The position numbers and the translations under genes were made by a program. Of a stretch of 64,000 bases of DNA, positions 1 to 13,174 are shown in pieces. The notes beneath the pieces were generated by a model, which saw only the letters and a program-made list of their open reading frames with translations, had not been told where the DNA came from and ran no database searches. Within the stretch, counting starts at the first letter, position 1. Every line of letters starts with the position of its first letter. The DNA is from Mytilus californianus (lineage: Eukaryota), in NCBI RefSeq assembly GCF_021869535.1, contig NW_026262723.1, positions 93,372,001-93,436,000 of the forward strand. The letters are read 5' to 3'.

Positions 1-663
1 TTTTCTGAAGTCATGTAAACATTAACTATAACTGTGTTAATTTACACCTTTTCAGAGACGCTATTTTGAAGTTTATCGGCCATTTTTGTTCATAGTTTAT
101 AACACCTCTTACAAAAAAATGATATGTTGGTTTGCATTTGTATCCAAATAAATGTTTCATTATTTTTGCATCAATCAATACCACATAATTACAAAAAAAA
201 GTCAAATTTTGACATTTTTGACGGCGCCATTTTGCATGTTGCCGCCATTTTGAAAATATAATCTATGTCCCCTGGTATAATTAAAGTTTACATACCACAT
301 TGATAGTGTAAATATATCAATACTGTTAAACTCTGACATTTTTTACGGTGCCATTTTGAATTTGGACGCCATTTTGATTAATTATGTATCTATAAAATTG
401 AAAAAAATATTTATTGGCATATCTTAAATATATTTCCTTAAATTTGTGATATCTACTAAACTTTTGCATATTGGTAGACTTCATCAAGTGTATGATGTTA
501 TATTCCCAGTACCTTATGGCGGCCATCTTTAATTTGGCGGCCATATTGGATTTTTTTTCGTGGCTCCATATCTGAATTTTGTTTACACCCTTAATCTTTC
601 ACTATGCCAAGTTTCATGGTTTACCATAAAGTGGTCAATTATTCTTATATCCGCTGGACTATA
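1..663. mobile_element. End of a DNA-transposon-like repeat, truncated by the window edge
   Basis: Six GCCAT(T/C/A)TT motifs at 225-548 and a terminus-like ATCCGCTGGACTA near 649-661. This style is typical of invertebrate non-autonomous DNA elements. The other end is not visible. Confidence 0.35.
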
Positions 664-782
664 CTCAAACAATTAGTTTTAATAATATTCAGTTTCTGTA
701 ACATTCATTTACATTTGCAAATCTGAAAATAAAATGGGCTGAATAATACTGTTTGTATAGTCTAAATATAGAATGTTTGTTT

Positions 783-1212
783 TAGGACTACGTCCCTCAT
801 TATTAACAAATTGCCGTAATTTGCTTGAACACATATCGGAGAACACATATCTGAGAAGGGTGTCGTTTATCTCTACCACAAGTATTTTTTAAAGACTTTT
901 TGGCGTTCCTGTTGAAGGGAAATCCAGAAAAGCACTTCAGAGGCATTACATTGTTGTTTTCATTTTTTAACCATAAAGTGCTGGCCTTTTTCTCATTTGA
1001 AAACAACATTGCTGTATACAAATGGATGATTTAAGACCAGTGCACTAAATCTACTGTGTGTGTTCAATGAAGGCCTCATGATGCTTTGTTGCTTCTGGTC
1101 CTTCTTTCATATTGCCTTTTTGAGTATATAATCGTTCCACGATTTGGTTGATTTGCGCTTTTAGAATGAATATTAAATATTCAGAAATATATTCATATTT
1201 CCTAATCACCAT
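783..1212 (-). pseudogene. Pseudogene copy (C1) of the unknown-function family also at 7144, 9578 and 13175
   Basis: From ATG at 1212: MVIRKYEYISEYLIFILKAQINQIVERLYTQ..., then in shifted frames RFSALVLNHP, KNTCGRDKRHPSQ and NEGRSP, collinear with C2. Lacks about 10 codons (PAFQTKSKYE) and has in-frame stops and frameshifts. Confidence 0.8.
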
Positions 1213-3349
1213 TTTCAGCATTAATTCACATCATATACTTTCATATCACTTCAAATGTTCCTTTAAGTCTGGTCATTGTGAATGTAAGTTTATGTTAAAG
1301 AGAAGATTTAAAATTATTTACATTCACACTATGTACCATTTAACATGACACAAACACACTTTCTGCTTCAAATATTCAATCAGAAAAAAACTGTATGAAA
1401 CTCACCCTGATAAACAACACCCCACGAATGTATTACTTTTCCATTCAAATTTGACCAATATTGTAAAAAAAAATACTTACTTATCATCAGTTACAATTTC
1501 TGTTTAAATTGTAAAGTTTTAAAATAATTCATCTACCGAACAATTATAATTCACAATTATATGTTTATTGAAATACAAACTCGGAAAACGAAATGTTATT
1601 TATTAATCAAATGTTTTCGTGAAAATGATAAGATGTCATCAAACAAGTAATTAGTGCCTATTGTAAGTTGTCAACCGCTTAAGTTGTTTCTATGGCAATT
1701 AAAATGAACACACTGTATCATTTACTATATAGTTCACAACTAACATAAATATCAAAAAATAAAAAAGTTACAATGTTCTGTACAGTTAAGTGCTACTTTT
1801 ATTTATCAACAATGACCTTTGCCTAAAACAGGTTCTCTATTGCAGAAAGTGGCCAAGGTAATGGCGATTTAAAATTTTTCATGTAGCGGACGTTTAAGCT
1901 TGTTTGTTGTACATTTGACCAATTCTTTAGTTTTTAATATGATTAAATAATGTTCGGACCTTTTTTGTGATCAAACGGATATGAGCTGAGTATGAGATAA
2001 GAATGCTTAAGATGGATCGTACCCCTGTTGATATAAATATAGTCTCCAGTCCATTCGCAAAACTATCATTTATTTCATCTCGCGTCACAGTATTTCTTAA
2101 GTATTTTGAAAATTAAAAAAATATCTTGTTTTTTTAAGCATTTGAAACCTTTTAAAAGTTACCATGTGGAATAATTTTGTGATATCACTATATTTTCACT
2201 TAATGGTAGTTTCACGGTTTCCTATCAACCCATCACAACAGGTCGATCAATGCACAATGCAGTTTTGATATAGGGTTATCTCGCTTCGCTTTTTTCAAAC
2301 AGAATATTTATTAAATGCAAATCTATTAATCGGGAAGTTTTATTTTCGCTAATGTCGCGATAACAGTTGATACGCGAAAAAACTACTTCGAATCTTTAGT
2401 TGAAACTCGATCCGTAGGACAAAGATCGTACGTGAATTGATACCAACTAATACTTATTTGGATATATAAATGGATGAGGGTTTAACTTCTTGTTGCAAAT
2501 ACTACATGTATATCAGACCGAGAAAATGTTGACTTGATAGGCATATGAAGATTGAAGTTGGTTTTAAATCTACCAGATTTTTCTTCCTTATTTTTCGTTG
2601 TCCTTCGAATGATATCATAACAAATACCTACAGATACAGAAACACAGGGCATCATCATGCATAGTGTTGGAAAACTTGACAAAGATATACGTTTGAGATC
2701 TGATTGATAGCATAGATAAATTTCCAAACATGGCTATTCCTAAATTGAATATAATGACGTAGAAGAACCACGAGCAAAATACAATAATAATGAGCATATC
2801 TCTCAAACACGTAAACCTTTTAACTGCATCCACAAGACAACACATGCATAATATTCACAGATACACTACATAATTCAGTTCATAAAAACCAATCTGTGAC
2901 TGTTATTACTGAGAACTGTTTTACAAATGCATGTAAAATAATTCTTGGTAAATATCTACAAACATTTACAGCAGCCTAGAATTATATACGAGTTGTACGA
3001 CTGAAATATGCCATCAGTGCTGTATCATTATAGGCTGTGAACGAAACAAACGAACGTTTATGCTCATAAACCGAAAACTTTTAATGCAATAAAAACTTCT
3101 TAAGACATATCCGCTCATTTTTTTCTTGCACTATTCATGTAATGCTTTGAATTCTTTGCATTTATTAAAATCTAAGAGTGAAAAATATCACAATTTCAAA
3201 AATCCCTGGCATGATTTTATCTAGAAATACAATTTTCAGGGACATATTGGTGCAAAATTTCCATCGTAAAAAGTAGTTGTTACATAATATTTTTGGCGTT
3301 ACTTTAACCGGGTCTCGTATTTGTATTGTCCCCTTTGTGTCTCGAATAA

Positions 3350-3432
3350 TTTAACAGTTTATAAACAGTAATTAACAAAAAGTGACCATATCAATGATAT
3401 GTCATGTCAATGCAGGAGTGCTGAATACTGGT
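3350..3432 (-). mobile_element. Fragment of the upstream part of repeat family B1
   Basis: Reverse complement aligns with 6075-6165 (cagcact..ttgacatga..tcattgatat.gtca..aatta.ctgttta). Confidence 0.55.
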
Positions 3433-3671
3433 AAATAATTTTAAAATCCCAACTTAGTTTTATTTTCTTTCTATAACAAAGAGTTCGATTTCAATTGTTT
3501 AATTTCAACTGGATAGCTGTCCTAAACAGTGGAATGACTTTTCTAAAAATAATATATCAAAATTCCCAATAAGTAAACGAACCTTCTTTTATTGCAGTTT
3601 ATATTGTGGACAGTGAGGTATCTAATTTTGTGAAGGAATTTGCTCTATATTGGTTTATTCGCTTGATGTGT

Positions 3672-3758
3672 TTGAGCTTTTGATATTGCTATTTGATAAA
3701 GGACTTTCCGTTTGAATTTTCCTTGGAGTTCGGTATTTTTGTTATTTTACCTTTTTTA
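3672..3758 (+). repeat. Short interspersed repeat, family F
   Basis: ggactttccgtttgaattttccttggagttcggtatttttgttatttt; a near-identical reverse copy lies at 8080-8160. Confidence 0.7.
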
Positions 3759-4993
3759 TACGCATCATGATAAGATTTATCTCATTATTTAGAAAATTGA
3801 TGTCCATATAAGTATAATTTGAGTACAAAAACATGTTTGTTCACGAGCCAAATTTCCTGTGTGAAATTTTACTAATTTGAAAAATGAAAGATCAGACAAG
3901 GTGCTAATACATTCATATAGGTTTAAATAAGTGTAAAAAATAAGACTGCTATTTATTTGTGTGGTCGTTTTACAAGATTTTATTTTAAATCTTCCAGATT
4001 CCCCTACCTATTTTATACCTATGTAGACTCGTTATTGTTATTGAACCTTATTCAGTTCGAATGGTTAAGTTAACATTGTTTAACATTTAACTCGCTTAAA
4101 ATTCTCCATGCATTTAAATATGTCAGAAAAATAATCATTTGTGAAAAAGTAAATCATTTATTTCAGATATGATATTAAACAATACTGTGTTATATATAAA
4201 ATAAAACATAGAACAGGAGTAAGGAGTTTCAATTTTACCGCTTGGTCAATTAACAAAGAAATGTAACAAATATTAAATGGCTTTTTTGTCGGAATCTGGC
4301 AAATATTCAAAAGGAGTTGGTTAGGATTTTTTTTGGGTGTTTTTATTTAACCGATTATCAATTCTATTTCAATAGTTTCTCTCGTTTATGTTTAATGTTA
4401 TATAATAACTGCTGATTCAAACATTTGACGCATGTTTTAGTGAGCTGTATTCACTATTTTACTTTGAATATGTAATTGTTCAGAGTCAGTACACTAACTA
4501 TGCATTTGATGCTTGATTATGTTTAGATACCTCTGATAGTGTGGTGATTCTAACAAATGCTCCATGAAACATTTTACGATTTATCAACATCTAGTTGATC
4601 TGCTTTCAAAACTGTACATTGGAATAATTGTGAAATTACCGATATGGAAAATGCGGAGATTTGATATGATTGACAATAGTCAACTATCCACCAATGAACA
4701 AGGATTAAACAACTACAGTGTTTACCCATGTGGATTCTAAGACATTTCTCAAGATTTGTGAGAGTAAATAAAATCAAAGTCACTCTCCGGTGCAAACGTA
4801 TAAAAAAACCTTGGCATATCGACCCTATACACAAGGGTTTCTCAAAGCTCTAACAGTTTGAAAAATATTCCGTGTTTTTCATAAAAAAAGAATGGCCAAC
4901 AGAGATAAAGAAATAAAGATAATTGGCATTATCATCAACAAGATGGTTAAATTTATACTGAAAACGTATCACTTCCAACTATATAGTATATGC

Positions 4994-5094
4994 GTTGGCT
5001 TTGCAACTGTTTTGATTCGAGCGCCACGAATTTATCTTATGTAGACGAAACCCGCGTTTGGCGTATCAAATTATAATCCTGGTATCTTTGATGG
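4994..5094 (+). mobile_element. Retrozyme-like repeat B1, degenerate hammerhead layout
   Basis: gagcgcca-CGAATTTA-tcttatgtagac-GAAA(5047-5050)-cccgcgtttggcg-TA; the CUGANGA box is destroyed. Confidence 0.65.
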
Positions 5095-5284
5095 GATTCC
5101 TATGGGAGCCAACTTTTGCCCTTTTATTTAGCCTTTATTCTTTTGAGGCAAACTTTTTCTAAGAGCTTCTTATGATAACCATATTCTTGCTTAGGTGTAT
5201 TCAGAATAGTTGATTGAATTGGTGCTTACTTAAAACTTGTGTAACAAGGTGATTTCAATGATATAATTGAAATTATATAATCGA

Positions 5285-5670
5285 GTTTCACGAAGACCAT
5301 TGTTATTTGGTTGACCGTGACGAAACATTTGGAATTGTCGTAGCCACAACCCCTTCCTCCGTTCTCGTGTTTGACATCACCGACTACGATGCATCATCAG
5401 AATTTTATTTTATAATGGCCAACACAAAAAGTGTCACTAGTTAGACAGGAGCTGCTTACCCTTCTGAAGCTAAACAATCTTTAATGGCTATTTTGTCAGA
5501 ATATAGCAACGATTTAAAGGAGTTTGTTATTTTTTTTTATTTCAATCCTAAGTTTACTCCTATTTTAAGAGATTTAAATTGTTCTTGTGTGCATTTTTTG
5601 CCACTGTATTTTTCATTGTCAGTATTGATTCTATCGGTGATGGTCTCATGTATTCTTTGTCCTCATTTAC
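5285..5670 (+). mobile_element. Degenerate 3' tail of a Penelope-like/RT element, family E
   Basis: Matches 16400-16700 and 16915-17150 (ttgtcgtagccacaacc..caacac..gacaggagctgcttacccttc). Confidence 0.55.
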
Positions 5671-6074
5671 TACTGTAATAACATTTCAAACTTTAACATT
5701 AGACATGTATTAGGGTTTGAGATTTAGAAAAATGTACATTAGGTTAGAAATATGATAATGTTGTACCCAAGACCAATTTCCTAGTGTATGATGTCTTATT
5801 TTTTAACAGGAATAGGAGCACCTTCTGGTGTACATGAAGGTTGCTTCTATAACTAAGAGATGTATGTTGTTTCTTTGTTGTAATTAGTATGCTATTTAAT
5901 TGTTCAATTTTGTTTTGTTAATTCTTTGTCCTGACGTACTGTGATAACGTTTCAAACTTAAAAATTCGGTCTTTAATTAGGATTTGAAATTTACATGTAT
6001 TGCTTATAAAAAAGATAATATCTACAGGTTCGAATAAATACATTAATCAATATGTTGTTCTATGGTGTCTTATA

Positions 6075-6378
6075 TCACCAGACAAGTAGTCAGCACTTCT
6101 ACGTTGACATGAATAATCATAGATATTGTCATATCTATAAATTAACTGTTTACAAAACTTTGAATTGATTGTCCGAAATATATGGATTTTCTACCTAAGA
6201 AATAGATTACCCTGGCTGTATTTGGCAAAAATCTTTCGGATTTTTAGGTCCTGAATGCTCTTCAACTTCATACTTTATTTGGCCTTTTAACTTTTTATTA
6301 GATCGTCACTGCTGGGTCTTGCAGAAGAAACGCGCGTCTGGCGTACAATATTCTGGGCCTGGTATCTTTAATGAGTTT
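6075..6378 (+). mobile_element. Retrozyme-like repeat B1, longest copy (about 300 nt)
   Basis: cgtca-CTGCTGG(6309-6315)-gtcttgcagaa-GAAA(6327-6330)-CGC gcgtctg GCG-TA(6344-6345); flanks shared with copies at 4994 and 15844. Confidence 0.7.
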
Positions 6379-6397
6379 TTTTTTATTACCATATTTG

Positions 6398-6640
6398 ACT
6401 CACCAACCGATTTACACAGGAGCAATACTGTGGTTGTCGTTCGAGAAGCAGTAACTATTTGTCCTCCCGGAGCACCCATGTTCCTCCATGTTTAAATGAG
6501 ATTCGTGTTGCACAATGTATAGTTTTCTGCTTAGTGCTTTGTTTACTGTGTTGGTTCTTTTTTCTTTTTTCTTTTGGCGATTGTGTTGTCTAACCTTCTT
6601 TGATTACTTATTTCGTTTTCCCCTCTATCTTCTTACTTCA
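6398..6640 (+). mobile_element. Degenerate family E tail
   Basis: ccggagcacc..attcgtgttgc..tagttttct..cttttggcgattgtgttgtct, collinear with 16915-17150. Confidence 0.55.
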
Positions 6641-7143
6641 CACTTTTGACACAGTTGATTATTCTTACGGAATAACGTATAGCTTATTTTTTATATTTTT
6701 TACAAAAATTATACTTTTCTACAAAACAATTCAGCATGGTTGTTAGGCAATAAGTATGCATGACACAGCACATTGTAGTATCATTTTAAGCCTACATATT
6801 AATATTTAAATATCAGACAACAAATACTATCAACGTTATTGTCAGATGAACTCAAACAGTTTTGATACCATACTTATCGATTCTTGTTGAATAGTAGAAA
6901 GGAATTACAGATATAAACAGAAGTACGATACGTCTAACAGATCTGTAACAAAACTTTAATATGACATATTTATCAGATCATGCATCTTATATTTGCGTGA
7001 ACTTATTCAATAGTTCGATTGTCATTCCCATGCCTTTTCATAAAATACTTCCGACAGTTACTGTAACATTAATTTGCAAACTTTAAAATGAAAATCGGTT
7101 AAATAAGTCCAGTGATTCCATGATCTAAATGATAAATTATTTG

Positions 7144-7524
7144 TCAAGGACTTTGTCCCTCCACAATAAGCCAGTTCCTAAATTTTGCTGGTACATGTCC
7201 CTGAGGAGGGTGTCGTTTATCTCTATCACAAGCACTATTAATAGTCTTCACTGTAAAGCGCTTTACTTTTCTGGCATTCATTAGGAAACGAATATAGCTA
7301 GATACCGTCGGTTGATTTAACCTCAGTGCACTGAATTTCCTCGGTGTCACCGACGAAGGTCTGTCGATGCTTTGCTGTCCCTGATCCTTATTTGGTGTTA
7401 CTTTTGGTGTATTTAATCGTTCCACAATTTTGTTGATTTCATACTTAGACTTTGTTTGAAAAGCTGGTGCTTTTTGAATGAATATTTCATATTCAGGAAT
7501 ATATTCATAATACCTTTTCGACAT
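7144..7524 (-). CDS. Uncharacterised 126-aa intronless protein, family copy C2
   Basis: True ATG with an in-frame TGA upstream. Shares three blocks with C3 and C4: YEY.PEY...I.KAPAF..ERL.TP, RLNQPTVSSYIR and CD....HPPQ......RNWL.VEG. Confidence 0.8.
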   Translation of the reverse strand: MSKRYYEYIPEYEIFIQKAPAFQTKSKYEINKIVERLNTPKVTPNKDQGQQSIDRPSSVTPRKFSALRLNQPTVSSYIRFLMNARKVKRFTVKTINSACDRDKRHPPQGHVPAKFRNWLIVEGQSP

Positions 7525-8079
7525 TTTACAGCATCAATTCAAATCATAGATTTTTTTATAATATTTCAAATGTTCTTTTGATTCCAGTATCTTTTATAGG
7601 TCTTATATAAAATAGAATATAAACATGATTCTAAATGTTAATATCTTTTTTTTAAATTTACATTCACACTATGTGGCAATCAGTGTCATAAAAACACACT
7701 TTCTATCCTTCAAATTATCCAATTAGAAACACAGCTTGAAAACCAATGAAAACAACATATGTTGCTCATCCTATTGATATCATGCCTAAAATCTTATACA
7801 CAAGCAGTATCATAACACTATGTGAATACTTCTTTTCCATCTGTTTAAATTTCTGTGGAAAAAAGTTTATCAACCGAATATGCTATATGTTATATATGTT
7901 TCTTTTAAACACAAAGTCGTAAATGTTTCAAATTAAGTTTGGGGTGAAAAAAGAAAAGATGTCTTTTGAAACTTGTCAATCGATTGAGTAGTTTTCTATC
8001 ATTATTAAAATGACATGTGGTGTTGTTGATGCATCAAAACCATATATAAATTATATTTAACATACATATTTAAATATAG

Positions 8080-8160
8080 AAAAAAGTCAAATAACAAAAA
8101 TACCGAACTCCGAGGAAAATTCAAATCGGAAAGTCCCTTTTCAAATGGCAAAATCAAAAG
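8080..8160 (-). repeat. Short interspersed repeat, family F
   Basis: Reverse copy of 3672-3758. Confidence 0.7.
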
Positions 8161-9577
8161 AAAGAAAGAAAGAAAGTTTTGCATTAAGTTATTATATTAA
8201 TGTACAAATGTATAGAATAAAAAGTATTTGAAGAACTGCAAAATGTACTATTTTTTTAAATTGTGCCTTTGTAACTTAAAATGGCTCAATAGAGAAAAGA
8301 GGAAAGCAGGTATAAAAGGTTAATGTGTCTTCGGTCCACCATACAAAATAAATGTCTGAATTCCTGTACCGGTCATTTTATAAAAAGACATTTTAGTTTA
8401 AAATATTAGACCCCCCCCTTTTCTTGTTTATTAGATTTTTCTTTTAAATTTGTGTCCAGAATACTTTGAATTTGGATTTTATATGTTTTAATAAATTCAG
8501 GGGTGTTGGTTCTATCTTTATGTACTAGTTTCAATTAGTATAAATCAGAATTCCAAATTCTTCCAGAAGAAACTGGAATTCCAATTTGTATTAGGATGTA
8601 TCTGGTTCATAATGAATCCGAATTTGTATTTTGACAACAACATTCATATGTATCGTTAAAACGTAACTTTTTACCTTATTCCATATACAAAAGTGCGTCG
8701 ATTCGTCCTTTGGCTAAACATATATATCTTGATAAATGAGTATTTAGTTTGATAATAGTGTGCCCGTTTTACATTATTTTTAAGATTATATAAAGATTAA
8801 GCAAACTTCATTTATCTATTTTTCGCGTTCAAATATTCTATCCAAAGGTTTTTGTGATATGAAAAATTGTGTGCCAACAAAATATATTATCATAATTGCT
8901 GTTGATTTAACCGGGGGACTCCGTCATTAGGATTATAGACGCACGTGACAAAGAAAGAATTGAACAACTATTTTAAACAAACAGTTTACTGTCTCATTGA
9001 CGAATACCTCACATCTCCTTTAATTCATATTTAAATAGTAGATTTATTTTAATTAGGTACTGTATAAACAATTCAATATTTGTTCCTGAAGACTTGTATT
9101 GTGTGTTTATTTAAAGTCACCTTTTTCTTTACTTAATGGATTTTCTTTATATATTTTATACTGATATAATGTTTCAAATTTTGATAACAGTTCTGGCAAG
9201 ATTGATCAGTAAAAGCATCAATATATACTAGTCCTTATTGGTATATGTTTTGTTACAGCAACAAAGTCATAAAATTAAGGGCACTTATCAAAAATGCAAA
9301 GAAAATTGAATTATTTCGTGTAAATTGAACATTTTAATTATAGGTTAAAATAAATCATTTTAAACTGATGAAATAGAAACGGGCTATGAATCTGAACAAG
9401 AAGACAATTATGTAAACTCTGTTGATAAATGACCTGAAACGATCAACAACATGGATTGAAAATAAGCTGAAACAATGAAAGTATTCTATATCCCACATCT
9501 TTTTTTATATAAACTTAAATAAAATGAATAGAATTCAATGTAAGAAATATTGCTTGAACTGGTGATCTCAAGTCAAA

Positions 9578-10045
9578 ATGAGAAATCAAAGGATAATTTA
9601 CAGAGGCCCGGGATTTGTACCTCTATCCAAAAATGTGAACTTTGTCAACTATGATTACTTTCCAGAATATATGATTCATATTCCTAAAGCACCTGCATTT
9701 AGAGCGGCTTCTGGTGAAAAAATCAATGAGATTGTAGAAAGGTTAAGCACTCCATCATCATCAACAGCTAGCAGAGAACGCTACATAAATACAGAACCGT
9801 CAGCAGATAAAAGGGACATCGTGCAACCATCACCGGTAGACTGCAGATTAAAAGTTCTTAGATTGAACCAACCAACTGTAGCCAGCTATATTAGATTTCA
9901 GATGAGAAGCAGAAAGGATCGGTTGATCAATGTTGAGGATATTAGGAATTCTTGTGATAAATATAATCGACATCCTCCACAAGGATATATGCAAGCTAGG
10001 TATAGAAACTGGTTGACAGTAGAAGGACATACACTTTGGAATTAA
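9578..10045 (+). CDS. Uncharacterised 155-aa intronless protein, family copy C3
   Basis: True ATG. Blocks YDYFPEYMIHIPKAPAFR..ERLSTP, RLNQPTVASYIR and CDKYNRHPPQ..YRNWLTVEG are conserved against C2 and C4 despite divergent linkers. Confidence 0.85.
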   Translation: MRNQRIIYRGPGFVPLSKNVNFVNYDYFPEYMIHIPKAPAFRAASGEKINEIVERLSTPSSSTASRERYINTEPSADKRDIVQPSPVDCRLKVLRLNQPTVASYIRFQMRSRKDRLINVEDIRNSCDKYNRHPPQGYMQARYRNWLTVEGHTLWN

Positions 10046-12199
10046 GAACTAATGAATGGCTTATAAAATATATTATATGAACTTGCTTATTTTTGTGTTG
10101 TAAGTTTTAAAGTTCATTGTTTATTCCGAGTAGAGACACTTTTCGAAACTGTATTAACATGCTTGAGATTCAAGTGTTACGTGTTGCTACAATCGAAGAA
10201 AAGTGTACAAAGTGTGTTTGTTATTAAATCCATAAAGTAGAGATAATTCACTACATATCAGACTGAATTACTGATAGTTTTATTTGCTTTGAAGCCAAAT
10301 ATATCCCTAAAGATTACATATAAAAAACATAATAACATTAAGAATGCAAAATTCAGTGGGTAAGATATGTTTCGATGCAGGCATCTTGTTAATAATAATT
10401 TATATAAAATGACAGGGATATGTACAGCACTCAGCAAAAAGGTTCTCTGTTTTTTACATCATTTCGCCAGATTAGCTGAATTTGGCAGTTGTTAACAGCA
10501 GACTATATCGTTGAATATGAAATTTTATTGGCTTATTTTGATTGACTGCCACATTTATTATTAAGAGTATTTACAGAAATTGTACTTCTTCTAGTTCCAG
10601 ATATGAGCTATTAGTAGTTCCACTTGTATACTTTGTACCATTTTGTTCTGTTTCGTACGTGTCGAATCATTCTTATATATTAAATTTTAAAATACAAAAT
10701 GGGGATTAAACGTTTGTAGAATGTGGGTGTTGAAATTTCTGCATTGTTTCTGTCGGAAATGTCAGAGTAGTTGCATTCGTTGTTGTATAAATACAATTTT
10801 TCAATAAAAAAAACCTTGAGCTACGAAAAATGATCAATTTTGGTCTTATATATATAAATATGTGGAACGACTGTTTAATCAGCGATCCTTTCTGAAAGCT
10901 TTTAAATATTAATCTTTCTCTAAAAACAAGACCAATATACTGGGTCTGTACCAGCATGCAGTTGAAATTTTCTTTGTTCAATGAGTGTTGTAAAATTTCA
11001 AACTATCGACAAACAGGAAGTGACTGCATGGCAGATGTAAAAATTGCTAACAGGCTACAACTCAACATAATCAAGCTCCAGATAAAAAATAAATTATTCG
11101 CTTCCATAGAAGCCAAGTACAACTTGACGAAAATTTTCCGTGTACAATGAGTGTTACACATATGATTTCAAACTATTATCAGACAGGAAGTGTCTGCACA
11201 GAAGATGTAAAAATTTCAGTGTACAACAATAAATGTTGTAAAATTTCTAACCATGGGCAAACAGGGTGTAGCTGCAGGGCAGATCTATTGATTATACGCT
11301 TCAACTACAAATTATCAAAATAAACCAAATATTCATAAATGAATGACAGACAGAGTCGACCGGCTTCTTGACTTGCTTTCGTCGTTTTCAACGCAGGTTA
11401 TGAAACACATACAGATAGCCATGTTCTACAAAGTCTGAACATTTTCAACAGAACTTGTTTCATAATTTTCCCATTTAGCTGCAATCTGATCATAACTTAT
11501 ATAAGAAATTAAAAAAAACTGTATCCGGAAAGCATTTGTTTCGAACTCGTGTACAGACGGACAGAAGGACGAACGACCGACATACAATGTTTCAACAGTT
11601 TGTGTTGTTCAAGGAGCATACTATAATGGATACAAGATACTTTTTTTTTTATAAAAACTGCATCTTCCATAAACGTACAAAATAAATTAACAATAAAAGT
11701 CCTCTCAACGTAATCAACTTTGTGATCAGTCAACTATTCAAACGTCAGATGCATTAAAAACCTGGTGCATTGACTTTTTTAATACAAGAACATACACAAG
11801 TGATATATGATATTCAAAATAATAAAAAGTGCAAACGAAAGTGACATTTACATGCATACATGCAGGTATATTCATAAGAAAAACGAACATGAATATAGGA
11901 CTGATCTTTTATATAAAAAAATCAATGCTTTCCATCTTCGGTTTTCTTGTAGTGTATTGTGAACTGCTGTTTGTTTGTCTGTCTTTTAAATACCCCTTGA
12001 TATCTTATCTCCCTTTTTATTTAGATCACATCATAACTTAAAAACGACATGTCCAAAATGAATATTTGCATATAACAATACACATATTCATGGTCTAACT
12101 GCATCGTTTCGAACAGCACCCCATACTTCATTTGATATGTCTTGTGCATTGCATAAACGTCTTTAAAATATCCAATCACTTTATAATCTTTCTTCTCCA

Positions 12200-12605
12200 A
12201 CTCTATTATTCATTACATACACAATTTGTTTTTGTATTTCATACATGAATTTTCCTTCTTTCTTTCTTGAGTACCTAAGGCAAACAACAACATTGTGTTG
12301 GCTGCTTTGTCAGCTGATACAATCATGAAACGCTTTCCAAAATCATTTGATTTGTTAGTATATTTTCCGTCGTGATATTGTCTAATAAACCTATTTAGTA
12401 TACAATTACTTTTGAAATGGTTCCTCAACCAGATTCGTGCATTTTATTTCAAGAAAGCATCCACTGAATTTGATCAGTTTTCTCTCTATTGTGACATCAT
12501 TAATTTCATTGATGTCGACAGGCGAAATTTACAAAATAATATAAACTATAAGCTATCATCTCAATTACTTCCCTTTCAAGTCTTTATAGTGCGGTGACCT
12601 ATTAT
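12200..12605 (-). mobile_element. Degenerate Penelope-like RT element fragment
   Basis: Broken frame with KRFMIVSADKAANT, resembling the recalled PLE-type motif V(V/P)ADKAxNNxV just upstream of the RT core; many stops. Confidence 0.45.
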
Positions 12606-13174
12606 TTTATTAATATTTTTTTTTAGTTAACGATATAAACTACATTTTGGCATATATGAAGTATTTTGCCATATTTTGTTCATAATCCTTAACTACCTCT
12701 ATGTCTTGGTATAGGTTCATCCAGATGAGGGTGGTACAAAACAGTCTGGGCTAAGTCTTATTCATCCTGGTAATTTTAAGTGCAATCTCTAACGGCCGTG
12801 AATAGTTGAGATATATCATATCTAATTCACTATACTCATTTAATCTCATTTAACTGTTCTTATCGACCTCTTCATACAAAGTCTTCGGGTTTAAATTTTT
12901 TAAAGTTAAAGTCTGTTTTTAATTGGTATTGTCAACTTAAAACAAATTTCTTTAAAACATTCTCATTTCATTTTTACTATTCCATACAAAAAAATCGATA
13001 TATTTATACAGTGTTTACACATTCTTTTTATATCTTCTTTCAATATATATTTGTAATATTACCTAGGAATACAGTCGATTAAATGCAATCTAAAACGATG
13101 TCTGATCTGCTAAGCGATAAAAAAATGTTATTTATGACACATAATAAACAGATTCATCAAGAAGGGTCTAAACA

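Noticed and set aside
8311-8318. TATAAAAG as a promoter for C3
   Set aside because: It is over 1.2 kb from the ATG in AT-rich DNA where such matches are expected by chance.
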